Shown: positions 17,622 through 29,518, counted from the stretch's first letter. The stretch is DNA of 64,000 nucleotides from Bacteroidales bacterium UBA4814 (GCA_002402465.1 DHFW01000009.1:14553-78552), one strand, 5' to 3'. Program-made: numbers and translations. Notes: generated by a model not told the origin, from the sequence alone.

Positions 17622-17854
17622 ATGCAAGAAAAATCAGGAGGAAATTTATTTTTATGATTTAATAACAAATGGAATAAGTTGTATGTCAGAAATATAAAAA
17701 TTGTCAATAAATGATAATTTGCAATAAAAGTTCCTTTTTATGCCAGGCAAAAAATTTAACAAATGTTTTAAAATTTCTTTTCCAATCGTGTTTTATGCAT
17801 AAAAATGTCCTAATTTAGCCGCTTGTTTAATTAAAACCAAACAACATTAAAACT

Positions 17855-19263
17855 ATGAGTAAGATCTTTGTAATGTTGATGGCCGCATTGCTTTTATCAA
17901 GCGTGGCTTTTGCCGGTGGTATTATGACCAATACCAACCAGAGTGCATCCTACACTCGCATGCTTGCCCGCGACGCTTCCCTGGGTATTGACGCTGTCTA
18001 TTTTAACCCAGCCGGCCTAACCAACTTCAACAATGGCTTCTACCTTTCGCTTTCTAACCAGACAGTGATACAAAATCGTGAAATTACCAACGAAAACCCC
18101 TTATTAAACTCTTCTTTTTATGAGGGTAAAGTTTTGGCTCCTTTGTTCCCCAGCATTTATGCCGTTTATAAGTACGACCGCCTGGCCTTCTCCTTTGGGT
18201 TTAATCCTGTTGGTGGCGGCGGTGAAGCCGAATATAAAAGAGGTTTGCCGTCATTTGAAACCCCTATTGCTTCTTTAGTTCCTTTACTGAATGGGTTTAT
18301 TCCTGTTGAAAATCCCGAAGACCACCCGTTTCCGGTAACTGGTTATCAGAATGATATTTTTTTCAAAGGTAGCTCCACTTTTCTTGCCGGACAATTGGGC
18401 GTTTCATATGCTGTTACTGATATTATCTCGGTATTCGGGGCGGACGTTATGTAATAGCGAACAATTCTTACAGCGGCTACCTGAAAGATATTCAGGTGAA
18501 TACACCCAATGGTTGGATGACACCAGGCAATTATTTGCGGGCTCTTGCTTCTTCTGCTCCCTCTGAATCTCAGCAGGGTTTGTTAGCTGGTGCTGATTTT
18601 ATGGATGCAGAAACCGCTGATGCCGATGTGGATGTCAAACAAAAAGGGAGTGGTTTTTCCCCTGTCCTGGGGCTGAGTATTAAGCCCAACGATCGTTTCA
18701 ACCTGGGTATCAAATATGAATTCAATACCAAACTTGAACTTGAAAACGAAACGAAAGTGGATGGTACAGGGAGGTTCCCCGATGGTGAAAAAATCCGCAG
18801 CGATTTGCCCGCTTTGCTTTCCGTGGGCGTTGCATTTAAGGCTACCGACCGTCTGAACCTGGCAGGTGGTGTTCATTATTTCTTCGACAAGGCTGCCGAT
18901 TATGGCAGGATTGAGCCTAACGAAGAGCTTATAGACAATAACTTTTTGGAATTTGCTTTTGGCATTGAATATAATGTCACTCCCGAACTCCTTTTAAGCG
19001 TGGGTTACCTGCGCACTCAAACAGGCGTAAATGAGAAGTATCAGAACGATCTTAACTACAGCCTGAATACCAATACTGTTGGCCTTGGTGGTAGCTATGC
19101 TATTTCCCAAAACCTCGACCTGAACCTTGGTTTCTTATACACTATGTATGAAGACGATGGAATTTTTATTGATTATCCGGGAATCGGATCAGTTAAGGAA
19201 TCTTATGCAAGAAACAATATGGTAATTGCCATAGGTCTTGATATTAAATTCCCCGTTCGATAA
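17855..19263 (+). pseudogene. FadL/OmpP1/TodX-family outer-membrane transport protein interrupted by a frameshift (ORFs 17855-18454 and 18496-19263)
   Basis: The N-terminal ORF has a signal peptide and a YFNPAGLT hatch motif. At cggggcgg (18436-18442), frame 2 reads VFGADVM-stop. The adjacent frame continues GGRYVIANNSYSGYLKDIQVNTPNGW into the second ORF, and the combined product ends in a barrel terminus. A 1-nt shift restores a single ~470 aa protein. Confidence 0.65.
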
Positions 19264-19286
19264 ATCAACCTTTTTCTTATCCTTAT

Positions 19287-19316
19287 AAGGCACCTTCAGC
19301 GGGTGTCTTTTTTTTA
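19287..19316 (+). terminator. Rho-independent terminator after the FadL-like gene
   Basis: aaggcacc / gggtgtctt stem containing one G-U pair, followed by a T-run. Confidence 0.6.
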
Positions 19317-19387
19317 TTCTTTCAGACGTTGATTGGTGCCTGAAAATTTCCGAAATTTGAGTAAATCGATCTCTTAAGTGCAAGATC

Positions 19388-19798
19388 ATGATCAAGCAAA
19401 CCGAAATACAACTTCCTTTATATCCCCGGGGCTTTCACCTTATTACCCGCCATATTGTCAATGCCCTGGGCGAGTTGCCGCAAACCGGCCTGCTCAATGT
19501 TTTCATACATCATACATCAGCCGGTTTGTGTATTAACGAAAATGCCGACCCCTCAGTAATGTACGACCTTGAAACCAGTTTTAACCGCATTGTACCCGAA
19601 GGTTTGCCCGAATACATTCATACCCTCGAAGGCAACGACGATATGCCCGCCCATATCAAATCGGCCCTCACTGGGGTGTCGCTTACCATTCCAATTAGCA
19701 ACGGCAGGCTTAAACTTGGCACCTGGCAGGGCATTTGCCTGTGTGAGTTCCGCAACCATGGCGGGGCACGCCGGCTTACCCTAACCGTGTTCAGTTAG
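19388..19798 (+). CDS. yjbQ: YjbQ/UPF0047-family protein (secondary thiamine-phosphate synthase-like)
   Basis: 136 aa. FHLITRHIV...VFIHHTSAGLCINENADPSV...DDMPAHIKSAL...GTWQGI is the family signature. Confidence 0.8.
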   Translation: MIKQTEIQLPLYPRGFHLITRHIVNALGELPQTGLLNVFIHHTSAGLCINENADPSVMYDLETSFNRIVPEGLPEYIHTLEGNDDMPAHIKSALTGVSLTIPISNGRLKLGTWQGICLCEFRNHGGARRLTLTVFS

Positions 19799-19883
19799 TT
19801 TCTGTTTTCCCTAGCGGGGAAAAACAAACAATTGTTTGCCCAGCTTGTTTTATATGCAGATATTTACTTTTTAAAATACCAAA

Positions 19884-22013
19884 ATGCCTGAACATCTTTT
19901 TAAAAACATAGAGCTTAAGGTAGAGGGTATGAGCTGCACCAACTGTGCCCTCGGTATTAAGAAGTCGCTCGAAAAGGAAGGTTTTTCCAATGTCAATGCC
20001 GACTTTACTACTGACCGGGTGACCTTTGAACTTACCGACGACAGCCGGTTGCCCCTTGCCGTAAAGCGCATCGAGTCGCTGGGCTATTCGGTGGTTTTGC
20101 CAAAAGAGGGGGAGAAGGAGCAGAAAAAGTCAGGCCTTTCAACCATTGAGAAGAAATTCTGGTTCACCGTGATATTCACTGTGCCCCTTATTATGGCCAT
20201 GTTTATTCCGGTACCCTTTTTGCATAACGACCTTTTTCAGCTGGCCCTTACCATTCCTGTTTTTTCGGTGGGTTTCTGGCATTTTGGCCGCAGTGCCTTT
20301 AACAGCCTTCGCTCCGGGGTTACCAATATGGATGTGCTGATTTTCCTGGGCAGCACTGCCGCTTTTGTTTACAGCCTCATTGGCACTATTAGCGGGCTGG
20401 GGCACGATTACATGTTCTACGAAACTTCGGCTTCAATTATCAGCATCGTGCTATTGGGCAATATGCTCGAGCATCGTTCAGTAAAAAAAACCACCAGCGC
20501 AGTGGACGATCTGGTTCGACTGCAGAAAAACGCTGCTAAACGCATTCTGAGGTCAAGCAATGGGATTGGTGAGCAAATTGAAGAAGTGGATGCTTCGCTC
20601 ATTGAAACCGGTGAGCGGGTACTGGTCAACTCGGGTGACAAGATACCTGTTGATGGAGAAATTTACTGGGGCCACGGCAGCATTGACGAAGGAATGATTT
20701 CGGGCGAAAGCCTGCCCGTTGATAAAACTGCCGGCGATAAAGTGGTTGGTGGAACCATATTGGTTTCGGGCAACATAAAAGTGAAAACTACCGCCACGGG
20801 AAAGGATACCGTGCTTTCGCAAATCATTGAAATGGTGCGTAGCGCCCAGCAGGATAAACCAAAACTACAGAACCTTGCGGATAAGATCAGCGCCCTTTTT
20901 GTTCCTACCGTGGTGGTGCTGGCCCTGCTTACCATGGGGGGGTGGCTGCTGTTCAGCGACCTTCCTTTCCGCGATGCCCTTATGCGAGGGGTGGCCGTGC
21001 TGGTCATAGCCTGCCCTTGTGCACTGGGCCTGGCCATTCCTACGGCCGTGGTGGTGGGTTTGGGCCGTATGGCAAAAAGCGGCATCCTGATTAAAGGGGG
21101 CTCTTCCATCGACAAGTTTGCGGGTATCGACACCATAGTATTTGATAAAACAGGCACGCTTACCACTGGAAAATTTGAAGTGAAACGCCTGCAAACTTTT
21201 GGCATTTCCGAAAAAGAAGCGGCCTCCATTTTGTATAGTCTCGAAAAGCATTCCTCTCATCCCATTGCTATTGCGCTTGCTGATCATTTCCGCGGAAGCG
21301 GCGAGATAGCATTTGAAAGCGTAACCGAAGAGAAGGGGCTTGGGATAAAGGCTTCAGGAGCGGATGGACGCACTTTCCAGGCGGGCTCGTATTCAATTGC
21401 TGCAGCGCTTACTGCTGACGATTCCCATAATGTGTATCTGGTGGTGGACGGCAAACTTGCGGGCTGGCTCGACATTGAGGATGAGATAAAGCCCGAGGCC
21501 GCCGAAGCCATCAGTTTTCTGAAAAGCAAAGGGGTAAAAACCGTTTTACTAAGTGGCGACCGCCGCCAACGTTGCGAAGAAGTGGTCGAAATCCTTGGCA
21601 TTGAAGAAGTTTATGCTGAGCAGTTACCCGATCAGAAACTTGAAGTAATCAGTTCGCTTTCGCAGTCAGGACGTGTGGGCATGGTAGGCGATGGCATAAA
21701 CGATGCGCCGGCTCTGGCGCGTGCTGATGTGGGCATTAGCATGAGCGATGCCACGCAGGTGGCCGTTAAATCGGCCGAAGTGGTGCTGCTAAAGGGTAAT
21801 CTTGGTTTGCTTTCAAAAGCTTTTGCCTCCACGCAAACTACACTGAAAACCATTAAGGAGAATCTTTTTTGGGCCTTTTTCTACAACGTGGCGGCCATAC
21901 CATTGGCCATGGCCGGATTTCTTACCCCCATCGTGGCTGCAGCAGCCATGGCTGTTTCAGATATTATTGTAGTCGGAAATTCGCTTCGGCTCAAAAGAAG
22001 AAAACTTAAATAA
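19884..22013 (+). CDS. copA: Heavy-metal (Cu+-type) translocating P1B-type ATPase
   Basis: 709 aa. It has an N-terminal HMA domain (GMSCTNCALGIKKSL), a CPC transmembrane motif (IACPCALGLAIP), the DKTGTLT phosphorylation site and the GDGINDAPAL hinge. Confidence 0.85.
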   Translation: MPEHLFKNIELKVEGMSCTNCALGIKKSLEKEGFSNVNADFTTDRVTFELTDDSRLPLAVKRIESLGYSVVLPKEGEKEQKKSGLSTIEKKFWFTVIFTVPLIMAMFIPVPFLHNDLFQLALTIPVFSVGFWHFGRSAFNSLRSGVTNMDVLIFLGSTAAFVYSLIGTISGLGHDYMFYETSASIISIVLLGNMLEHRSVKKTTSAVDDLVRLQKNAAKRILRSSNGIGEQIEEVDASLIETGERVLVNSGDKIPVDGEIYWGHGSIDEGMISGESLPVDKTAGDKVVGGTILVSGNIKVKTTATGKDTVLSQIIEMVRSAQQDKPKLQNLADKISALFVPTVVVLALLTMGGWLLFSDLPFRDALMRGVAVLVIACPCALGLAIPTAVVVGLGRMAKSGILIKGGSSIDKFAGIDTIVFDKTGTLTTGKFEVKRLQTFGISEKEAASILYSLEKHSSHPIAIALADHFRGSGEIAFESVTEEKGLGIKASGADGRTFQAGSYSIAAALTADDSHNVYLVVDGKLAGWLDIEDEIKPEAAEAISFLKSKGVKTVLLSGDRRQRCEEVVEILGIEEVYAEQLPDQKLEVISSLSQSGRVGMVGDGINDAPALARADVGISMSDATQVAVKSAEVVLLKGNLGLLSKAFASTQTTLKTIKENLFWAFFYNVAAIPLAMAGFLTPIVAAAAMAVSDIIVVGNSLRLKRRKLK

Positions 22014-22044
22014 AAAAGCCCTAAGGAATCTCCCCGGGCTTTCT
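22014..22044. terminator. Hairpin between convergent copA and rho
   Basis: aaagccc (22015-22021) pairs with gggcttt (22036-22042). The loop is fairly large, so confidence is moderate. Confidence 0.45.
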
Positions 22045-22064
22045 AAATATGTTATACGGTTAAA

Positions 22065-23999
<1,935 letters not shown>

Positions 24000-24300
24000 A
24001 GATTATTGTGATAAAATGATTGTTCTTTTTTGCTTTTCTTTACAAACAAATCCTTGAAAACCGGGAAAGTGATTTAGCCTGAATGCGGATCATGCACACT
24101 TAAAGCACATCAGCCGGGGCTGCAACCTGATATAAACAAAGGCTTATGGTATTATTTAAAAGAAAAATTCAGAAACGAACGAAGGAATTGAAGTGCAAAT
24201 ATAAATATAATTTGAATTACAAAAAAATATTACGTCTTTTAATACAGGGGAGCCTGCTATTAGTTAAAGAGGTATGTTTTTATTGTATGTAACATTTTTA

Positions 24301-24308
24301 TACTTTTG
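24301..24308 (+). promoter_or_regulatory. Bacteroidota-type -7 promoter box TACTTTTG upstream of the DUF4293 gene
   Basis: Matches TAnnTTTG, 32 nt upstream of the ATG at 24340. Confidence 0.4.
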
Positions 24309-24339
24309 CATAAATCTGAACCCATAAAACCCCAAAACT

Positions 24340-24810
24340 ATGCTTCAGCGCATTCAGTCTGTTTTTCTTACCCTGGTGTTAGTATTTGCTGTGCTTTTTG
24401 TGTTTTTGCCGCTTGGAAAGTTCGACCTTGAAGGGCTGAAAATTGCCCTGAAGGTTACAGGCCTTGAAAGTTCAGCCAATATCCCTGCAGCGTTCGGTCA
24501 GAGTTGGTATGGTTATGTGCTTTTAATTCTGGTGTTTGGTATTATGGTGCTAACCGTTTTTTCCATTTTTCAGTTTAAGCGCCGGTTGTACCAGATTCAG
24601 CTCGGGAAGTTTAATATTTTATTGCACGTTGGACTTGTGGTTGCGGCATTCTTTTTTACAGATCAGTGGCAAGACAACCTGCCCAATCTGCCCTTTAGCT
24701 ATGGGGCCGGAATAGTCCTCCCGTTGGTGGCCATGATACTGATTTTAATGGCTAACCGGGCCATAAAAAAGGATGATGAGCTGGTGCGCTCAGCCGACCG
24801 CATTCGCTGA
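24340..24810 (+). CDS. DUF4293-family membrane protein
   Basis: 156 aa with four predicted TM helices. The MLQRIQSVFLTLV opening is typical of DUF4293, a family commonly found next to rho in Bacteroidota. Confidence 0.65.
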   Translation: MLQRIQSVFLTLVLVFAVLFVFLPLGKFDLEGLKIALKVTGLESSANIPAAFGQSWYGYVLLILVFGIMVLTVFSIFQFKRRLYQIQLGKFNILLHVGLVVAAFFFTDQWQDNLPNLPFSYGAGIVLPLVAMILILMANRAIKKDDELVRSADRIR

Positions 24811-25884
24811 TCAGTCTTCTATTTTTTTGATAATATAATCAGAGTTGAAGAGCCCCAGGGCTCCCATATACTTCAGCTTGAACTTGATAAAATCTCCAAC
24901 CTTGTATTTTTTAGGATTAGTACCAAGATCAATCACCAGAATATCGGAGCTGGCGCCTGCCATTTTCAGGTTTTTGTCCTGGGGTATCAGGAAGTCGGGC
25001 GTAATGTCAAGCAAACCAATGTCGAGCAGCGCCCTGACAGAGGTCTTTCCGTAATCTTCGCTTTTAATTTCATAGGTTTCTCCGGAAGGGTTTTCATGCA
25101 GGATACCTTCGGGCACCAGGGGCTTTTCCTGCAATTCGATGATTTCGGCACGGGTGGTGATTACATCGTCTTTCATGCCCTTTATGGTTTTTCCGGTAAA
25201 CAAGTTGGCTCCGAAAAACAAGGTTTCGCCAATCCTGAGGTGATTAACCCCTGCCGGAATTTGTTTTTTGAACAGCAGGGGAATGGTGACCGATGAGCCG
25301 CCTGATATCCATTTTATTTTTTTATTAAACCTCAGTTCGATAATTTGCTTGTAGAGGCTCAACTGAACCAGCTTGTCGTGCGATGGCATTACGCCGTAAA
25401 GGCAGTTGAGGTTGGTACCCAAGCCGATGATCTCAAGGTTGGGAAGGCGAAATACTTTTTCGTAAAACTCTACCAGATTTTCGCCCAGCACGCCTTCGCG
25501 CAAGTCGCCCATCTCCACCATAATAATGGCTTTGTGCTGTCTGCCCTGCTTAACGGCTTCTTTCGATATCAGCTCGAGGGTATGGTAGTCGGTATTAAAG
25601 CTCACATCGGCATATTTTACCAGGCTGCGAATGCTTCGCCGGGGCGGGGGCTTAATATAAACCGTTTGAACATCGGGGGCAAGTTGCTTAATGTGTTTCA
25701 GGTTGCTTATGCGCGAGTCGTGCAACTCCTTTACGCCTAAATCGATAAGCTCTTTCAGGAATATCTTGTTGCCGCAAAACAGTTTCGAAACAACCCCCCA
25801 TTCAATATTATTTTTTTCCAGCAGGTTTTGCAGGAAGTCAAAATTGTGCCGGAGTTTGCTTCGGCTTACAGTTATTTCTGCCAT
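24811..25884 (-). CDS. Alanine/ornithine racemase-family PLP-dependent enzyme
   Basis: 357 aa. The N-terminal TIM-barrel region has a VVSKLFCG-type PLP-lysine context, and the overall layout resembles YhfX/Orr-like racemases. Confidence 0.55.
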   Translation of the reverse strand: MAEITVSRSKLRHNFDFLQNLLEKNNIEWGVVSKLFCGNKIFLKELIDLGVKELHDSRISNLKHIKQLAPDVQTVYIKPPPRRSIRSLVKYADVSFNTDYHTLELISKEAVKQGRQHKAIIMVEMGDLREGVLGENLVEFYEKVFRLPNLEIIGLGTNLNCLYGVMPSHDKLVQLSLYKQIIELRFNKKIKWISGGSSVTIPLLFKKQIPAGVNHLRIGETLFFGANLFTGKTIKGMKDDVITTRAEIIELQEKPLVPEGILHENPSGETYEIKSEDYGKTSVRALLDIGLLDITPDFLIPQDKNLKMAGASSDILVIDLGTNPKKYKVGDFIKFKLKYMGALGLFNSDYIIKKIED

Positions 25885-25896
25885 GACTTTTTTTAA

Positions 25897-26334
25897 TTAG
25901 CGCATCAGGCGCATTTCCAGGTATTTGCTGGTAAATCCTAGTTTTTCGTAAAGGAAACGGGCAGGATTTTCGGGCTCAACGTGCAGTTTTATGCTGCCTT
26001 CCGCCTGGTCGAAGGTTTTTTGCATAAGGGTTTTTCCGAGGCCTTTGCCGCGGTAGTCTTTGTGCACTGCAATATAAACCAGGATATTCTCAGGAATGTA
26101 TCCGGCCATACCGGTTTTGTTCACCACAACGGCCCCGGCTACTTTATCGTTTTCTTTGGCCACCACAATAAAACCGCCAAACTTGGTTTCTTCGTCCATG
26201 GCAAAATCGATGCAGCGCATTATGGCCTCGTGCTCATCGCCAAACTGATCCAGGTGTTCAAAAAGGAAATCAGCTACTTCTTTTTTCTGAGCATCAGAAA
26301 TATTATCATTTGGGGTGTAAGTCAGGTAATTCAT
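25897..26334 (-). CDS. GNAT-family N-acetyltransferase
   Basis: 145 aa. It has an acetyl-CoA-binding motif (HKDYRGKGLGKTLMQ) and a GNAT C-terminal beta-strand pattern (FLYEKLGF). Confidence 0.8.
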   Translation of the reverse strand: MNYLTYTPNDNISDAQKKEVADFLFEHLDQFGDEHEAIMRCIDFAMDEETKFGGFIVVAKENDKVAGAVVVNKTGMAGYIPENILVYIAVHKDYRGKGLGKTLMQKTFDQAEGSIKLHVEPENPARFLYEKLGFTSKYLEMRLMR

Positions 26335-26341
26335 AATATGG

Positions 26342-26515
26342 TTATTTTTTTAGCAAGTTAATAATTAAAAGGGGAAAGCTGTAATGCCCGCTGCCAGTAA
26401 TGCTGCCTTCCGAAAAAACGCATTCAATGCCTTTATTTAGAAGGAGATAAATCACTCCAGTTACGATTACTGCAAGCATGTAAACGAAAAAAATGAGCAG
26501 ATCAATAAAATGCAT
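26342..26515 (-). CDS. Possible 57-aa small membrane protein, below the ORF-track length cutoff
   Basis: Hand translation of the minus strand gives MHFIDLLIFFVYMLAVIVTGVIYLLLNKGIECVFSEGSITGSGHYSFPLLIINLLKK. It has one clear TM helix, and its stop is 8 nt upstream of the GNAT start. There is no homology evidence. Confidence 0.25.
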   Translation of the reverse strand: MHFIDLLIFFVYMLAVIVTGVIYLLLNKGIECVFSEGSITGSGHYSFPLLIINLLKK

Positions 26516-26686
26516 TAGATTTTTTTACAGACATTTAGATTTGCAAAGGTAAATAATATATAACAAAAAACAAATTATATGTTTTAACAAGTTGAAATAC
26601 AATTGAATATATGAACTTAAAATTTAAATAATAAACAAAAAAAAGTAAAGATTTATTTGGTTTACTTTTGTAAAAAAGAAGTCGTT

Positions 26687-27631
26687 TTGATCTTTCCCTG
26701 GGGGAATACAAGAAGGTTCAACTCATGGGCCGACCAATGCAAGCAGCTTTATGGAAGCCGCGTGCAGCGCGTTTCGGTCAATGCCGGTTTTACTTGCCCC
26801 AATCGCGATGGTACGGTAGGAACCGGAGGATGCACTTTTTGCAACAACGAAGGTTTCAGCCCATCATACTGCCACCCGGAGAAACCCATTCTGCAGCAAC
26901 TTGACCAGGGCATTAGCTTTCTGAAGAAGCGCTACAAGAACCCCGAAATTTTTGTGGCCTATTTCCAGGCCTATACCAACACCCATGGTTCGCTTCAGCA
27001 CCTTAAATCCATTTATGAGCAGGCCTTGTCGCATCCAGAAATTCGCGGACTGGCCATTGGTACGCGCCCGGATTGCGTGGATGAAGAGAAACTGGATTAT
27101 TTTGCCAGCCTCGACAGGGATTTTTTTATTACGGTGGAGTACGGCCTGGAATCGTGCTACAATCAAACACTCCTCAGGGTAAACCGCGGCCATACCTTCG
27201 AGCAGAGTGTAAAGGCCATTGAATTGACCGCCTCGCGGAGGTTGCATACCGGGGTGCATATTATTTTTGGCCTGCCGGGCGAAGACCGCATTCAAATGCT
27301 CGATCAGGCCGCAATGCTTTCGAATTTACCCATCAACACCATTAAATTTCATCAGTTGCAAATCGTAAAAGGGACGCCTATGGCTCTCGAATATGCAAAG
27401 AATCCGGAGCATTTTCATCTTTTTACCCTTGAGGAATACGTGGATTTTATCGTTTCTTTTGTGGAAAGGCTCAGGCCTGGCATCAGTATTGAGCGATTTT
27501 CGGGAGAAGTGCCTCCTGCTTTCAATGCCGGAAAAAACTGGGGAGGTATTCGCAGCGACCAGGTGATTAATCTCATTGAAAAAAAGATGCTGGAGCGTAA
27601 CACCTGGCAGGGGCGTCTGTGGGGCATGTGA
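26687..27631 (+). CDS. TIGR01212-family (YhcC-like) radical SAM protein
   Basis: NAGFTCPNRDGTVGTGGCTFCNNEGF is the family's CxxxxxxxxxxCxxC cluster region. There is no in-frame ATG near the N-terminus. The track start is TTG at 26657. I prefer TTG at 26687, because a TACTTTTG -7 box sits at 26663-26670. The start is uncertain. Confidence 0.8.
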   Translation: MIFPWGNTRRFNSWADQCKQLYGSRVQRVSVNAGFTCPNRDGTVGTGGCTFCNNEGFSPSYCHPEKPILQQLDQGISFLKKRYKNPEIFVAYFQAYTNTHGSLQHLKSIYEQALSHPEIRGLAIGTRPDCVDEEKLDYFASLDRDFFITVEYGLESCYNQTLLRVNRGHTFEQSVKAIELTASRRLHTGVHIIFGLPGEDRIQMLDQAAMLSNLPINTIKFHQLQIVKGTPMALEYAKNPEHFHLFTLEEYVDFIVSFVERLRPGISIERFSGEVPPAFNAGKNWGGIRSDQVINLIEKKMLERNTWQGRLWGM

Positions 27632-27880
27632 ACAGTTGCTGTTGTTTTTTTGTTGCATAATTGTTGGTAGTTCAAACTCCAACATATCTCGGTTTTTGAA
27701 ACCGGACAGCGAGGCTGGCTAAAAGTTTTTTATTCATCTAATTAGTTAATTTATTTTCCTATATTTATCCCCGAAATGCTGTTTTGCCTTTCTGAATTGT
27801 TGTTTGAGCTTATTTTTGTGATCATTTGAAGGTCATAAATTATCAAGTGAAATATTCCCACCGGGAAAAACTAATAAGAT

Positions 27881-28453
27881 ATGATGAAGATTTGTGTTTT
27901 CTGCTCATCGAGCGATTATATTGACCAGCAGTATTTTGACGAGGCTCGTGCTCTGGGCAACCTGATTGCCAACAATAATTTCGATTTGATATACGGGGGC
28001 ACAACTGTTGGGTTGATGGGTGAACTTGCACGTTCTGTAAAAGAAGGCAATGGGCAAATTACCGGCGTTATTCCGGAGTTGATCCATAAAAGGGGTATTG
28101 CCTTTGAAGGTGCCGACAACCTGATTGTTACACGCGATCTGCGTGAGCGAAAGGCTGCCATGGAAACGCTCTCTGATGCTTTTGTTGCCCTGCCCGGAGG
28201 ATTTGGCACCCTCGAAGAGTTGGTTGAAATAATTACCCTGAAGCAGTTGCAGGTGCACCAAAAGCCTATTGTGCTTATCAATACCAACGGATTCTTCAAC
28301 TCCCTGAACGCTTTTTTCGATCACGTGTACCACGAGCGCTTTGCTTCGGAACGCTTCCGCGGAATCTATTATTTTGCCAAAGATTCATTGGATGCCCTCA
28401 ATTACCTTAAAAATTACCGCCCTGGAAGTGCTGGCGATAAATGGTCGGTTTAG
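27881..28453 (+). CDS. LOG-family (TIGR00730) nucleotide 5'-monophosphate nucleosidase
   Basis: 190 aa with the motifs IYGGTTVGLMG and PGGFGTLEEL. Confidence 0.85.
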   Translation: MMKICVFCSSSDYIDQQYFDEARALGNLIANNNFDLIYGGTTVGLMGELARSVKEGNGQITGVIPELIHKRGIAFEGADNLIVTRDLRERKAAMETLSDAFVALPGGFGTLEELVEIITLKQLQVHQKPIVLINTNGFFNSLNAFFDHVYHERFASERFRGIYYFAKDSLDALNYLKNYRPGSAGDKWSV

Positions 28454-28573
28454 ATGGAAATCATCCCTCATTCGCGGCTAACATACTAAAAAAATATCTA
28501 TATTTGTATAAGAATCCGTCTTTGCTGGTATGTGTTTTTTTGCAACCTCGCAAAGGCATTAAGCAGCGGCGCA

Positions 28574-29518
28574 ATGAGATACTCCAGAAACAAAATTCTT
28601 GTCCCAGTCGATTTTGGAGAAAAGTCAGACCAGATCATTGAGCAGTCCTATTCAGTAGCCCGGGTTTTCGATGCCGAAATTCTGCTGCTCTACGTGATTG
28701 AAGACCAGGCAGTGATAAGCAAATTCATTTCGCCCGATGAGTATCTCCACTGGCTTAAGGGCCATGCCCAAAAGCAATTCGATCATATTGAGGATTTTGT
28801 AAATAGAATGAATACTAAAGCCACCACCCGGATCTCATACATCATCAAAAAAGGAAAGGTTTACGATCAGATTATTGAAACAGCTCTCGATCAGGATGTG
28901 ATACTGATTGTGATGGGTTGCGATGCAGGCGAATCGAAGCCTATCCGCCGCTTTGTGGGCACCAACACCTTCAACGTTGTTCGCGAAGCTCATTGCCCGG
29001 TCATAACCCTGAAAGGCAACGAAATTTTTTCTGCCTTTCGCAACATCCTGCTGCCCCTCGATTTTACTGGCCAAACCAAAAAGCAGGTACAAAAAGCCAT
29101 TGAGTTTGGGAAGTTTTTTGGCGCTACCATTCATCTGCTTTCCGTGGTCTCGGCCGAAAACAAGATCAAAAAACTGATGAAAAGCGTACAAATGAACCAG
29201 GTGCGCAATGCCATGGCCAGCCGCGGAATAAATTGTACCACCGAAATTATTCAAGACAAAACTTCCAGCATCCCTGAAAGCATTTGCAAAATGGCTTCCG
29301 TTAAAGAAGCAGACATGATTATTATCATGACCCAGCAAAAGAAAAATTTTGCCCGTTTTTTTGTCGGATCAATAGCTCAGGAGGTTATTTTCAGAGCCGG
29401 TGTGCCTGTGCTGAGCATTTCGCCCAAGGCTGAGTTCAGACCGCAAGTGGTTACCTCATTTATCGATCCGCTGGGACTTATGAACCCCAGGCAGGAACGC
29501 GATCAGGACCTTGTTTAG
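28574..29518 (+). CDS. Tandem-domain universal stress protein (UspA family)
   Basis: Two Usp halves, each starting (I/L)LVPVDF / ILLPLDF and ending in a G-x-x-G...(V/I)P(V/I)L-type segment. The start is set at MRYSRNKILVPVDF (28574) rather than the track's 28532. Confidence 0.8.
   Translation: MRYSRNKILVPVDFGEKSDQIIEQSYSVARVFDAEILLLYVIEDQAVISKFISPDEYLHWLKGHAQKQFDHIEDFVNRMNTKATTRISYIIKKGKVYDQIIETALDQDVILIVMGCDAGESKPIRRFVGTNTFNVVREAHCPVITLKGNEIFSAFRNILLPLDFTGQTKKQVQKAIEFGKFFGATIHLLSVVSAENKIKKLMKSVQMNQVRNAMASRGINCTTEIIQDKTSSIPESICKMASVKEADMIIIMTQQKKNFARFFVGSIAQEVIFRAGVPVLSISPKAEFRPQVVTSFIDPLGLMNPRQERDQDLV

Noticed and set aside
17577-17627. Upstream TTG-initiated extension of the blaI-like ORF (MHYENFRTKFGYENNRI...)
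   Set aside because: The extension is encoded by the palindromic operator-like DNA, and family proteins begin close to the winged helix. The ATG at 17576 gives a normal-length repressor.
20663-21601. Several 105-188-aa minus-strand ORFs inside the P-type ATPase gene
   Set aside because: They are antisense to the conserved copA core (CPC and DKTGT regions), S/T/P/A-rich and without motifs, so they are shadow ORFs.
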